DNA of 64,000 nucleotides from Tubiluchus corallicola (Eukaryota > Animalia > Priapulida). Shown piece by piece: positions 49,218-62,686 of the stretch (positions within the stretch are counted from its first letter, which is position 1; every line of letters starts with the position of its first letter). The position numbers were made by a program, and so were the translations under genes. The stretch lies in the NCBI GenBank assembly GCA_030141605.1, contig JAQGDQ010000051.1, positions 704,628 through 768,627 on the forward strand, in the 5' to 3' direction. The notes beneath the pieces were generated by a model. The model made no database searches. It was not told the origin of the DNA and was given only the letters and a program-made list of their open reading frames with translations.

Positions 49218-52200
49218 CTTGTCACTGAGAAAAATAATATTGTGCAACCAAGAAAATTGTTAGCTGTTTTATTCATGAATCTATGCGTACACACATCATC
49301 GTGAATAAAAACATCAAGAAAGGTTCAGGATGTCTGCCAAAGAAGACAAAAAGGCAAGAAGCAAGTCTAAAAGGGCTGTGACAATGTAAGTCAAAAATGT
49401 CAAACGTTACATTTCTGAAAACAACGTGGTGAATGTGACTGCAAGAGTGGACAAAGTGAAGAAGCTGTAGTTGGACTTTTGAGAAAATTCATGAAAAATT
49501 TCATAATCACTTAGTGGTTGAACAAGAGATTGCTGATAGTGACAGATATTATGATGACGTTTTAGCTGGCTACCTACAGTGTTTAGAAAATGCTAAATTA
49601 TGGCTGAAGGGATCATCATCATCAGGGGAACCGATTAAACAAGAATCTACCTTCGCTAGTGGGGCAGCTGGCATATATGAATTTACCAAAATTGGAACTC
49701 GAGGTCTATGATGGTAATCCCCACAAATACTTAAGTTTTATTGCAGCTTTAGATGAAAATGTTCACAGTGCACATGTGAAGAGTGAAGTGAAGTTATCCA
49801 GACTGCTTCAATATACCACGGGACCAGCCAATGAAGCAATACGCAATTGCATTTTGTTTGGTGGTGACAAGGGTTACAAGTTAGCAAAAGAACTGCTGAA
49901 AGAGAGGTTCGGTACGTGAATATTATAGCAGATAGCATCATAAATGGACTTAGATATGGTAAACCAGTGAAGTCTTCAGAGGATTTGCGAAAATTAGCTG
50001 ATGACCTAGCTAATTGATAATAATAAAAAGTTCATAATCATAATAAAAAAACTTCAAACTAATGCCGAAAGTTCCCTTCAGCAGATGGGCATGTTTTCCG
50101 AAATAAACCATCAGCAATGCATTATTCACATAGATTGCCGCCAGCAGTTTTTTCTTAAACAGAAGTGGAAAGAATTCGCACTAGAAGCAAAGAAATCTGG
50201 AGGAGCATATCCAAAGTTTTGCAATTTGGTTGAATTCATGAACAATGTTGCAGATGATGCTACAGATCCATGGCCAAGCTGGCAAACTTGCATAAAGTTC
50301 TGCAAAGAAGCATAAACACAAAAATCATGCAGCATCTTTCACTTGTGGTGTGACTGCTAAGTCATGGTACAAGCCATGCATTCTCTGTAAATCAGACCAC
50401 CGCCTATAATTGGCCAAAACAATGCTGAAGCAATTGCTCCATTGGAAGCTAGTAGAGGTAAAGAGAAAGAACCATATGCTGTTCACACCTAGGTTGGTGC
50501 ATTAATAGATCTGACTCCAATTTCCCACAGATTAGTCATCAAACCATATCTAATTTCGTCACAGTTTCTGGCCTAGAAGGTGATGTAGAGAAACTTTGGA
50601 AAATAGAAGAAGAAGGTGTGGCATCAGCATCTTGGTCTCAAGAAGACAAATATGTCATGTCTTTATGGGACAAAAGCAGCAAGCTTGTTGATGGACACGA
50701 AGAACTTCCAATCCCGCGGAGACCCGATGCAAAATTTCCTAACAACTTGTGTGTTGCTGTATCAAGATTGAACAACCTCAAGATCACTTTAAGCAAGAAA
50801 GGGCTCTATGGTCAATATGACATCAAGTAGCTACATATGAAATCAAGAAGCTACTGCAAGCAGAATTATGCTGTCAGAGTTCTGGATACTGAACTACATA
50901 TTAAAACAAGTGACGTCTGGTATTTGCCGGATCATTGCGCAATTATCACTCCAAAGAAATTAGTTAAAGTCAGAGTTGTCTTTAACTGTGCCTGTGAGTT
51001 TGAAGGAGAATCGCTTAATGATAAACCCCTACAAGGTTCTGACCTTATCAACAAGATGCTGTTCGCCTTACTGAGATTCCGAGAACAAGAGTATGCCATC
51101 ATTGCGGACATAGAAGCAATGTATTTGCAGGATAAAATACAGTCAACCTCAGATAAAAGGGACACCTCTGGACCGGAAAAAATGTTCCTTATATTTGATG
51201 TCCCTTATAGCCGAAGTTGAGTCAGACTGAAGGTGTATCTAGACCTGTACTTTTCTGTACTTTTACCCATATTTTTGTGGATTATTGCTACACATTCAGT
51301 GCAAACGGTATGTAGGAAGCTCCTTCGGTGATGCGAGATGTATGTGACCGCTGAAACCGAGCTGTTCGAAGGCCATTTGCGAAAAATTGAGGTTAAAAAT
51401 CGATCAATTTCGCTTTGATCATAGGGTCCCTTATAAGCGAGGTAATTTACCTGGGTGTATATTATGCGGGACCTGAATATATTGTCCCTTATAACCGAAA
51501 GTCCTTTATATCCGAGAACCTTATATACGAAGATTTTTATGTAGGAAAAACGTTACGAAAAATTGGGACCAGTGTTGGTGGCCCCTTATAAACAAGTACC
51601 TTATACATGAGGTCGATTGTACCGCTTGAACAGCAAGATGCTTTAAGATTCCTATGGTTTAATGACAATGGTGAAGACAATGGGGAAGTTGATCTTTACA
51701 AGATGATATCTCATCTTTTTGGTGGTATATCATGTGCAGACGACTGCTTAAAATCTGCTGAATCTTTGTCTGATGCCAGGACTGTCACTGAAGGCACATC
51801 AGCTGTTCTCTGTAAAGCTGGATTCAAGCTGACAAAGTTTGTGGTAAATGATGAGAAGCTACTTGAGGTCATTCCTCCTGAAAATAGGGCTAAAGAGGTC
51901 AAGGATTTCAATAAAGAGATTGGAAGCAAAGCCCTTGGTATAAGATGGAATGTCACTTCTATTGAGTGATACTTTGATGTGGCTACAGTCAGTGATGGTG
52001 ACATATCGAGACAAAGAATATGCAGTTTTATCTCTTCCACGTTTGATCCACTCGGCCTTGTTGGGCCTTTCATCATTTTGGGTAAGATACTTTTCCACAA
52101 GGCTACTCGCTTGAAGCTTGTGTTGGGATGAGGCTATTCCTGCAGACTTGAGCAAGAAGTGGACTTCTTGGATGCATTCACTTCTTTGGATTAAGCACAT

Positions 52201-53425
52201 CAGAATACCTAGGTGCATTAAACCGCAAAAATAAAATGAATTTATTCTTGAACTACATCATTTTAGTGATGCAAGCCAGAAGGCATAAGGCTGCTGTAGT
52301 TACCTTCATGGAATGAATAGATTTGGCAAGATTAAAATGGCTTTGATTATGGGCAAGGCAAAGGTTACTCCTATCAAACGAATAACCATAACCATGAGTT
52401 GCAAGCTGCAGTTTTATCTGCGAAAGTCAGATCGGTTCTGGATCTGTAATAGCAATTACCCAATCACATTTTTGGACAGACAGTGAAATCGTCATAAAGT
52501 ATATCAAGAATGACACTAAGTGGTTCCATATTTCTGTTGGAAATCGAGTCAACATTATAAGGCATTTCAGTACCACGAACAATGGTTTCATATAAGTAGT
52601 GAAGAGAACTCAGCAGACATTATTACAAGATGTCTTATGTCAAGTACATTAGACAAGATCAAATGGTTTGAAGGACCGGACTTTCTTCGGATGTTCCAAA
52701 TTATTGGCAGATTTGCGAAGTGGATTTAGGGATATCAAGTCCTGATATCAAGGTGAGATGAAGAAGAGTTTTTCCTCTATAGCGGATACCAAACTAAATG
52801 ATACATTGATAAATCATTATTCCAGTTGGTACAGTCTTAGAAAAGCATTGTGTTGGCTACTTAGATTCAAGTCTAGGCTACAGTGGAAGGATTTTCCTGA
52901 TAATAAGCACTTGACAGTTGAAACGAAGAGTTGATCCTGATTAGTCATGTGCAGAAAATTCACAACAGTAAAGATACTGGCAGACTTGGCAAAAATAAAC
53001 AAGTGCAGAAGTCGAGTTCTCTGTATAAGCTATGTCCTGTACTCGATGATGGTATTCTTACAGTCACTGGCACACTGGGGCATGCACAGATGGAAGATAG
53101 CCACAAGTTTCCTGTGATTCTGCTATACAACTGCAAGCTGGCTGAATTGATCATTAAGGACTTGTATGATGATGCTCATCTCAGTACTGAGTGGACTCTG
53201 AGTTTGCTGAGGAAAACATATTGGATAACACGTGCCAGAACTCTTATCAAGCGTATCTTTGAAAAACACGTTACATGCAGAAAACTCTATACAACACCTT
53301 GTCGGCAGAAAATGTCAGATCCTATCTAGGGAAAGTGTAGACTTGTCATTGAGTAAAATGATACTGTGCAACCAAGAAAATTGTTGTCTGTTATTGTATT
53401 CATGAGTATATGCATACACACATCA
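49218..53425 (+). mobile_element. Decayed BEL/Pao LTR retrotransposon (gag, RT, RNase H, integrase zinc finger; integrase core missing)
   Basis: gag LPKLELEVYDGNP...LLKERFG; RT WYLP, VRVVFNCA, SLND, LLRFR, ADIEAMYLQ, LRFLW; RNase H ELHHFSDAS; integrase H...YWITRAR...C; about 80-bp direct repeats at both ends. Confidence 0.92.
51140..51619. mobile_element. Tc1/mariner-pogo-type MITE (480 bp) inserted in the BEL RT
   Basis: TA|CAGTCAACCTC ... GAGGTCGATTG|TA; internal GTCCCTTATA repeats; excision restores MYLQDKIPLEQQDALRFLW. Confidence 0.9.
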
Positions 53426-53767
53426 CAAAGTTTTGAAAGCAGTATCTTGGCTAATTGAATTTCTGCAATTTTGGCTTTCAATATTTCGTTTAACTTTACC
53501 AGTTAGAGGAGCTCCCAACACTGAAGGTAAATGACTGCTTGTTTAACTAGTGTGATTTTCTTGGTTAAAATTCAAGAAAGTGTTTGTCACCATTCACCAC
53601 TAGACATTTGGTCATATATAATTGTACATTAGCTTGTGAATTTAGAACTGCAACTAAATGCTTTTTATTACAAATTTATAGTAGCTGGAAATGCACTGTC
53701 CAACAGGTACATGAATTTGCAACAAACACTCACATAAACAAGTAAATAAAATACTACATGTACTTAC

Positions 53768-53890
53768 TGGTTCGCTATCTGAAACAGAAAAATTCTGTTC
53801 TTTTGTAAGCTGCACACCACTGCCTTTTTCTACACCCTTTAACTCCACTGTTGTTTGCGGCATATTAGCCTTGTAACGCTCTATTAAAAC
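53768..53890 (-). CDS. TMEM131: TMEM131-family exon
   Basis: acttag|...|gtaagt; VLIERYKANMPQTTVELKGVEKGSG...DSEP; 41 codons. Confidence 0.85.
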
Positions 53891-54177
53891 CTAAGTAAAA
53901 AGTCACTTTCAATTTTTGCAGACAGACTAAAAAAATTATCAAAATTTATAATACAAGACAAATGACATACAAAAGTACAACCAAAAATTACACAAAAATT
54001 TACTTCAAAATACAGTCCATGATTCCAAAATGTTGCTAAAATGCACACCAGCTTTCCCATGATTAATCTTTTTGTTTACTAATAACTAATAATTTTGAGG
54101 AGTTACCACTAGATGTATTACTCTGAAATGCTTTTAACCTTTCTCAAATTTCCTTGTTTTGGTCTTCCCTAAACCGG

Positions 54178-54484
54178 TGTAACAGCTGAGATTATGCTCC
54201 CTCCAGAATATACCTGGATATAGTTTAGCCTAGCTCAGAATAAACCATGAGGAGCAATTTGGCCTAGCATGTACCCCTGGGTATAAAGTAGCCTAGTCCA
54301 AAGTTTACCTCATGGGCCGGATTAAACACTAAAGCTGCTCTTAGGTGGGTATATTCTAGCCCAGCCCATTTTATACCGGAAGTATAAACTGGCCTAGCTC
54401 AAACTATACCCCGGGTAAAAAACAGCCTAGCCTGGAATAACCTCGTGTATACTCTGGGCATGGGGTATACTCCAGGCTGTTACA
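54178..54484. mobile_element. Short TGT...ACA TIR element, Ginger-like
   Basis: TGTAACAGC...GCTGTTACA; left flank CCGG (right flank AAGG); internal GCCTAG repeats. Confidence 0.6.
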
Positions 54485-55199
54485 AAGGGTCACACTTTTC
54501 ATCATATCATAACATTTCGCACATAGTGATATCAGACTATTTTTTTATTTGTTTATCACTGATTTTTTATGAACATTTATTCTCTACAAATTTCATGATG
54601 AAGAACTAAAAAAAGTCGACACGGCTAAGCAAAAATAAGTGACAGGGTAGAAATTTATGGCAAAAGAATGACAGCAGTCTCTAGCAACACTTGACCATGG
54701 GTTAAAGGCACAGTACACCCTAAAATCATGTTCTTGTATATTGAAAGTTTTGGTGTTCACTTCTGGGGTCAGGAAAATTTGTTTCCTGAGAGAAATACAG
54801 CGGCCGCGCATGTGTCACTGGTACCAAACTTTGCAGACTTGTACACTGGGTATCTGCCAAAAAAATAAAAGAATGTTCTTGTGGCACTTCTTTCTTAAAG
54901 AAAGTTCTACAGCTCTATGGAAAGAGAACGGACTGGGCTACAAGATAAGTGGGTCTTTTTTATGAGTGCTTACACTGTAGTCCATAAGATTTTGTCATCT
55001 TTCACTGGAAAAAGTATGATGGCAAATTCACTGTTAATGACATTACCACTTTGTTCTGCCTGCAGGGTTCGCTAATTTCATTAAGTTGCTGCTGCCTGTT
55101 AAACATTATTATGTAAGTGGAAGGCTATTCCAATTACTAAAGGAAGCAGTATGCAATAAGAGAAGACTATGTACAGTATCGCATATTATTGATCATTAG

Positions 55200-55382
55200 T
55201 AATAACGTTGGTGTGGTAGGGGTGGTGTGATGTAGTGTTGGCGGTTTGGTATGGTGGTGGATGATGTAGAGTTATGAGTGGCAAGGTATGGGTGGTGTGG
55301 ATGGTGCTGTGTGGGTAGTGCAGCGTGAGTGGTGTGTGGATCACTGTTGTAAGTTGATGTTCTTTGGCGAAGTTTGACTAGT
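55200..55382 (+). mobile_element. Degenerate Helitron family-B-like 3' end
   Basis: GT-rich tract ending GTTTGACTAG|T. Confidence 0.4.
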
Positions 55383-55493
55383 TTCTATCAGTTCTATTTT
55401 AAGACGTAACAAAAAGAAAATTTAATTTCTGAAGCCCAACTAATGGTTAACTATATTTGTTCAATATTTGGAAAGGAAAAATGTTCAACTTAC

Positions 55494-55598
55494 CTCCACA
55501 GGATTTTCATTGCGGACCGTAAACAGCATACTTCTCTCAACACCTTTTCCTAAAGTGCCAAAATTTAATCTGTCTTTTTCTGGCGCATGTGGAATAAA
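55494..55598 (-). CDS. TMEM131: TMEM131-family exon
   Basis: tttcag|...|gtaagt; FIPHAPEKDRLNFGTLGKGVERSMLFTVRNENPVE. Confidence 0.9.
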
Positions 55599-55934
55599 CT
55601 GAAAATACAAATAATTTTTTTTAGCAAAGCACTAAATATTGAATAAGAGATATGAGAAGCTAGGTCATTTTACCAATAATAATGACTCAAGATTCGATTA
55701 GGACTTGTACATAATGACTTGAGATTTGACTACGACTTAGATAATGGCTCAAGACTTAATTTGGACTTGAACCTCAAGGACTTGGCATGCATCCTTGCAT
55801 GCATCAGCAAAAGCCATGAGGAGTTCAGGTGCAAGCACATCATCTTAATTCGTTCTAGCAGCCACTATACGATAATGCATAATATACTGGATCTCAAACT
55901 TCTTTAGTATCACAAAAAACAACATAAACCTCAC

Positions 55935-56105
55935 CTTTAAGCGTCCATTGTAACATACTAAAGGTATTTGAAATTCTGAAGCATTAGTATATAACTGCAG
56001 CAGTGTGCTAAAGCTAACAGTTATATTGTCTGGGTGGAACTCCAAACTAAACAGAGATTTCCTTTGCTGTGGTAAAATGCTGGAATTAGTTCCCAATAGA
56101 CGAAC
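55935..56105 (-). CDS. TMEM131: TMEM131-family exon
   Basis: ttttag|...|gtgagg; VRLLGTNSS...LQLYTNASEFQIPLVCYNGRLK; 57 codons. Confidence 0.9.
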
Positions 56106-56129
56106 CTAAAAGTATGAAAAAGTAATGTC

Positions 56130-57467
56130 CAATGTGGTTCCTGTGCCTTTTACAACTCACTACATACACTTCTGACATGCCATTTGGCTTCAAACCAGAG
56201 GTGACTACTACTTTGTGTATCTTTGTCATGTCGGAGATAAACTTTGTTATTGTAATTTAATCTAATATTTACACAGTTTTACTTCATGCAAAGAAGTCTT
56301 CTGAATGTGTCAATTATTGTAAACTATTTAGAGAGTTTGTGGATAGATATTTACTACCTTTAGTTACAAGATTGTTACTGTTTGTGTACACACATCAAAC
56401 AATTCGTGTTGAATGGATAATAAAGTAAGTGACTATTTTAGTGTTTAAAATGGGCTAAAACAAGAGGGAGTGTTGCCTCTCATTTTATTTCCAGCATATA
56501 CGGATGACCTATAGGCTGGTTATGTAGACATGGGATTAGCTGCTACATGGGCCCGTATTTTGTAGGTTATTTGGCCTATACAGATGACCTTACGCTATTA
56601 TCGCTATCTGTTAATGTACTAAATGCAATGATTAGAATCTATCAAGAACACATTGATAAATATAATGTTCAGTTTAGCCATTCTAAAAGCGAATTATTAG
56701 TCTTTGCTGGACATTGTAGCTCTGGTGTCAGTGATACCTGGGACATAACATTAGTACTAGTGATAGCCACAGCATTGTTACTGACACTAATGCTACATTT
56801 TGAGATAACTTTAATATTTTTATTGCTGACTTTAGCCACACTAAAGGTGGATTAAAGGGCAATCTATAGAAGCAATATAGCTTTTAGGGTGCTCTGTGGA
56901 ACATGGAAAGTAAAGGTGTCTCTAGAATTTGCATTTCATACACGAGAGCTTAAAAATGTTGTGGCATTATCTCTCCGTACTCATTGCAACATGTTTAAAA
57001 GTTAGCTTAAATTTGAGATTTTGTAAATTTGCAAATAATGTTATTAATTGTCGGGTTTTTCTGGTAAATTTGATCTCTGCTATAGCACCGAAAAATCTAT
57101 TTTGTTTTTTACAATAACAGTCTTGTGACTAGTAATGAACAGTGCTATATGACATGCCTCAATGTATCAATTCGTATCCATTTGCTTAATTACTGATATA
57201 ATACTTTGGAAACTAGGAGCAAAGTAAAAATTCTAAAAGAAATCATAGAAGTACATGAAGGTATGACAACGCATGCTAATTTCACAACTGATGAAATTGA
57301 AGTGATGATAAATGAAATATACGTTCTATGTATATAGATAGTTCCTTATGCACATTTTGTAGGTTCCTTTTACATGTGTTCTTATGTGTTTTTATTTTTT
57401 TACTTGTGCACCATGTAGTTTCAATTCCTATGCAAATAAAGGTATTATTGTTGTTGTTGATGTTGTT
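56130..57467 (+). pseudogene. Decayed 5'-truncated non-LTR RT fragment
   Basis: FGFKP, GLKQEGVLPLILF, CYMGPYFVGYLAYTDDLTLL; AATAAA plus (TTG)n tail at about 57435-57467. Confidence 0.7.
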
Positions 57468-57899
57468 ACAATAGGTGCCGCTTAATCGACTCACTTTGGG
57501 ACCCAATTAACCCAAAGTGTTTTGACCCAATTAACCGAGTGAACCTATTAATCGATGGGTGTAGTATTACTAGTACAAAAGTATGAGTCACCAGCTCACT
57601 ATGCACTGCAAAAGTTTTTAATGAATTTTGGGAACGAAGTAATGCCTAAATTCTTTTGTGCAGTTAAAAACTTAAAAACAATAAATTAAAAAGGCTCTTT
57701 AGCTATTAGAGCTTTAGGCTTATGCTTATGCTCCATTTTTCAAACTTCTTAACTCTATGCTCTTATTTGCTGTATGATGTTTACTCTTGTAAGTCACAAC
57801 AAATACTGGCTAATTACCGTACCTGCATCTTTGACTGTTTAAGCCTGAAAGCATGATTTGCAAAGAGAGCTTCAAAAGCAAACCGGAATCAGAGGCTGC

Positions 57900-58140
57900 A
57901 TACTTTGTCAAAAGGCAAGCAGTGAAATTCTATTGTCTAGAAGCTTTTTTAGGCTAACGTCAAGGTGATGAGCTACTTTTTTTAGTATCATACAAAGATC
58001 AGAGACTGATGAATAAGCTATTAACGGTAAAAATAATGGAAGCTGGTATCCATCATCTTTAGTGGTAAAACGTTTGGCAAAATATAGTGCAAGAAGTTCA
58101 GCTGTATCAAACAATATGAGAATTCTTGGTTTACTGAACG
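57900..58140 (-). pseudogene. Possible LINE ORF2 linker remnant
   Basis: AELLALYFAKRFTTKDD...LPLF...KKVAHHL resembles the APE-RT linker. Confidence 0.35.
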
Positions 58141-58830
58141 TACGAGTCTCACCTGCAACTTTAGAAGCATCAAGAGGGAAGATATGATTACAGGGCAAAA
58201 AAGGAATGAAAGGAATCACAATTAACATATCAAACATAACATAACATAACAAAATGTATTTTGATAAAAAGGCTGGGAAACTCTTTATGACTTGAATTGA
58301 GATGATTCAAGTGATCAGAAGATCTAAAAACTTCGACAATAGATAAATCAGGATAGTGTAGATAATAAAAAGGGGGTTTTAACTATGAAAATGTACGAGT
58401 GGAAAATGGAAATAAAGAGGAAGACTGCATGTTTCATAATGCGAGAATGTGCAGAAAAAAGCAAAAGCAGAACAAAATTAAGATTCTAGAAACATACTGG
58501 GTGTGTGAATGTCTATAGTAATTCAGTGTGTTATTCACTCCGTCATTCTTAACGACATCCCTATGGCATGGATTTCTTTGTTCGTGAACTTTTAATAGTT
58601 TTTGCTGAAGGTTTTGTGAGTTTTTGATCATAATAAATGAGGTTATGGTTTGATTTAATTAACACTGTTTTCTGGTGTACTGTCATAAAAATGACACTGA
58701 CTATCAATGGACTAATTACAGTGTTAAGGACTAAGGGCAGGAAATGAAAAAACTACATAGAAGAGATGCAGGCTAATGAAAATAAGGTTAAACCTGGTAT
58801 ATGTTAAAGCAAACTACAAAAACAACTTAC

Positions 58831-58984
58831 TGTAAAATGACGCTTTGCTTCTGGTTGTAAGGAAATGTTGTAAATTTGTAGAGTAAAATTAAAAGTATTG
58901 GTAAGGAAAATGTCACGAATAATTTTTTGAGAAATCTCCTTCCCAACAAAAAACTCTGTACTGTTGTGATCATGGACTAGTGAC
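58831..58984 (-). CDS. TMEM131: TMEM131-family exon
   Basis: ttgcag|...|gtaagt; SLVHDHNSTEFFVGK...RDIFLTNTFNFTLQIYNISLQPEAKRHFT; phase 2 to 0. Confidence 0.9.
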
Positions 58985-59588
58985 CTGCAATGAGAAGTTG
59001 TAATTTTACTCAATGAATTTTTGTGCAATTGTTGCAATAAATAACTATCCAGAATGTGAAGCATTCATTGAAGCAACCTACCATCAGTTCATTTAAGTTA
59101 TTCAACAATTTTTCTGCAATAACACTCTACTGTGATGTGCTTACCATCCCATATTACCCGCACCTTGCCACCCACACACGCTACAAAACAACGGCAACAA
59201 CAAAAACCTTTTGCCCATTGTTGAAACTGTGTGAAGCAACAAATGCGAATAAAGCCATCCACTAACAATAAATAATGCACAAACATTATGCACCTCTTTG
59301 CTTACTGCTCCCAAAATGATGGTAATAAGCTAAGTGTGCTATAAACAGATTACTAATATACATTTACAGTTGCCATAGAAGCAAAATTTTTGTGAAAATT
59401 CAATATGCATCATTTGCTTCACAGTGAACAAATAGCAAAATTTTGCATCACATGAGCAATAAGACTGGAATTTCAGCAAAATGAACAGCTTTATAGAGTT
59501 ATATGCAAGCGAGTAACCCAAAAATGCATGGACAAGAACATTGAATACTAAACAATCAAACAAAAAAGTATGAAAAAGAAAAACTTAC

Positions 59589-59694
59589 CCATGTAAAACA
59601 TTGGTAATATAAGGAACAGTTAAGCGACAATTACTAGACTTTGTTTTCACTATAATTTTCCCTGACCACTGTTTTGGACTGACTGCATTTGAAG
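59589..59694 (-). CDS. TMEM131: TMEM131-family exon
   Basis: ttttag|...|gtaagt; (A)SNAVSPKQWSGKIIVKTKSSNCRLTVPYITNVLH(G); phase 1 to 2. Confidence 0.88.
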
Positions 59695-60639
59695 CTAAAA
59701 AAAATAATTTTTAAGTATTTAGGCAACAAGTGACAATACCCTGAACACTATAATTAAACATGGTAATAAGTTCCATCGAAATGTGGTATTAAGTAAAACG
59801 CTGTTAAATGAGCCATGCTGGCCATAGAGAAGAGAGCAAATAGACTGAGAGACATTCCAGGGGCAAAAGTCAGAATAGCTGGTTTTATTGCTTACACCTG
59901 TACATTATTTCTTTGTCAATTTAAAGGAAAAACCAGCCCTTCTGGAAAGTCTGGCTTATGTCAATGTTCATGAAAATGTTAGAAAGATATAATTTTAATA
60001 ATAAAAGAGCGACAAGACTTGTAATTAGTAAAACCACTTTAAAGTCGCGCTGATTTCACGCTTAGGCATCAGATTTTGAATGCCAATTCTTTCACCAATG
60101 ACATCAATCGTCGACTGAAGAAAAAGAGCACGTGACTTTCAGTCAAAAGTATAATTAACTTACAAAAAATTAAATTAAATTAAATTAAAAATTTAAAATA
60201 AATTAAATTGTGTGATGTTTTTGCATGAATTAACATTGGTGTAGAAGTTTAAATTAGTGTGAACAGGGTGTGTGGAAAAGGCTTCAGGAATAAACCTCGA
60301 GGAAAAGTCCAGAGTGCAGTGACTCGGTGATTTCGCAGTGCCCTCTCTACCATATGGCAGGCACTTTTCTTTAAGGTGCATGGCACAAAACACTGTAGTG
60401 CCAATTGTCAACTTCTTTAATTGCTGTTTACAGCATTCCATCATCACTACTGCAACTTCTTTAATGGCATCAAGGGTAGATTTTGTCAATGAGAGAGATC
60501 TTCACATCTTACTGGACAGCTACCTCCTGCCTTAAGCTGGGCAACCAGTACCAGTAAAATGTATACTGCCACAGTCTGCCTCTTTAGCTACATAGGTATT
60601 GGGACAAAATCCGAAGAACAGACTATAACCAGGGCACCA

Positions 60640-62100
60640 GGCAAGAAGCCAAAGTTCAGAAACAAAAGAAACAAGCTGTTAAACTGGAAAGTGGGAAAGT
60701 CAGTACAATGCTGCCCGGCCTCTCAGAAGATCTTCAGAACATCAACAGCAGCAGAAAAACAGCTTTCATAAATTACAAGCTTGACAGACTCAATGTTAGC
60801 ATTTAGTAAGTGTGATTAGCAAACTCAGGCACTCAAAAGCAGAAGTACTACACTTTCTACCGGAAACGAAGAATGGTTATGTGCTTAGGGAGCATGGAGT
60901 AGATTAATCCTGAATATAAAACCATGCAGTAATGGCACAGATCATCTCCTCACTCCTCACTGAATGCTTGTCACACTAGTCAGTATGTAAGCAACAATAT
61001 TGCCCACAACACCACACACATAAGACAAATTCAAAGACAACCTTTTGTAAATTATCAAGAATATTCCCAATAAAGAGGCAATTCATTCTCCTAGGCTTCC
61101 CGCTTAAGTCAGTTTTGACGAGAAGGGTCAATGAGTACTCCAGATGTGTACATGCCTAAAGATCACAACTTGTCGAAACTCAATTCCTGCTTCTGAACCA
61201 AGCCCCAACACAAGGTTTCCTGGAGACGCCCAAGCTCAAAACATCGGCACCAATAAGATTTTATGATAGAGAGATGAGTAGCCATCAAAAACATTCTTCA
61301 AATGCACCCTTTCCATATGGCAGATTGTGGCCGATGTCACTTACTGGTGTGCTGTAAGACTGCAGCCAAAGAAGTTTCATCATACCAGGAATGAGGGGAG
61401 CCTTGCAAGTCTGACCTCATGGACAAGTTTGCAGAGACCTTTACAGAAGAATGGGAAACTGTAAACCCTGAAAACTCTACTATTGAGAGATGTGGATCGC
61501 TGCGAAACACCATGCATGGGGCTGCAATGGCTACCTTTGGGAAAAGACTTCCAAGACTCATGACTGGTTTGAGGCCAAGTCAACTGCCATGACTCCAGTT
61601 AACATTAGTGATGAAGCCAAGCACACTGCCCTTGCTGAGTGGAAGTGCTCACCCAGTGGTGATACTCAGTGGTCAGAAGGAAGGTTCAGCTGACTACAGC
61701 TAGACACTGTACCAGCCAGTGCTGGAGTAAGCTTAGTGCAAATAATGCAACAGCTGTTGCATTTGAAAATTTTGGAAGAATGTACAATGGCAGTAAAAAG
61801 CATCAGGACCAGCCTAGAAAACCTCCCCCTCAAATCCACCACAGGGGTAGTAATCACAAACAAAAGGTCTGATGGAAAGATGGGTAGAACACTATTCAAA
61901 CTTCTACATCAAGAAAATATTGTAGCCATCTATGCCTTTGATGCTGTTGAATACCTGCCAACAATGGATGAGCTAGATGCAGAAACTACTGCAGTGGAGT
62001 TAAGCAAGGCCATCGATACCTTGGCCTTAGAAAAAGCCACAAGCAGTGATGGTATTCACTCAGACCTAATTAAACAAAGTCATATGTCAATGCTGGCAGG
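60640..62100 (+). pseudogene. Decayed RTE-clade LINE endonuclease/linker fragment
   Basis: TMLPGLSEDLQ...KTAFI..LDRLNV, EHGV, VSWRRPSSKH, DWF, ELSKAIDTLALEKATSSDGI across many frameshifts. Confidence 0.7.
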
Positions 62101-62577
62101 AAGGAACTGTATTTTTTTTGTACCTATATCATAAGCAGAGCCCCCCCCCCCGCTGGGTTTGCAATTAATAAAGGTCATTCAACTTTTTATTCATGTTATT
62201 AAAATCCCAGGACATCACTCTGATATTTTGTCTGTATATCTGACCAGACTTTCCATTTCAATTTTTTTCTCTGTTTTCCAATATCGGTCTCATTTTGGCT
62301 TACAACAGAAAATTCCCACCTATATAAATCACAAGAGATTGCTTATATGTCCATTTTATTTCAAGAAACTTGTGCAACAGAGTGCTTGAAACACCACGTC
62401 TTAATAAATTGATCCTTTACAAAAAATAATGATTTCAATTTGGTGATTAGTAATTCTTGGTGCAGGAAATTGTAGTTAGTAGTGGCCTTTTAAAAGTGCC
62501 CACACAACAATTAAAACATCTGTGCAACTGCCAGTCAGACAACACATGCTCAACAAAATATAGACAGAGGCACTCAC

Positions 62578-62686
62578 CAGTAAAGGTAATAAATGCTACA
62601 GTTGTGAATCTCGTAACATCTGCACTCAGCTTCATCGGCCGAAATAAAATTTGTAGAGCGGGATTTGGAGGTACACATTCTACACT
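62578..62686 (-). CDS. TMEM131: TMEM131-family exon 1 of 18 in window (gene starts upstream of window)
   Basis: ttgcag|...|gtgagt; SVECVPPNPALQILFRPMKLSADVTRFTTVAFITFT; phase 0 to 1. Confidence 0.85.

Noticed and set aside
45860-57672. Two inverted pogo-like ends as TIRs of one 12-kb element carrying host exons
   Set aside because: The termini lie at the inner edges (46040 and 57469) with the bodies extending away from the interval, so they do not enclose it; they are separate fragments.
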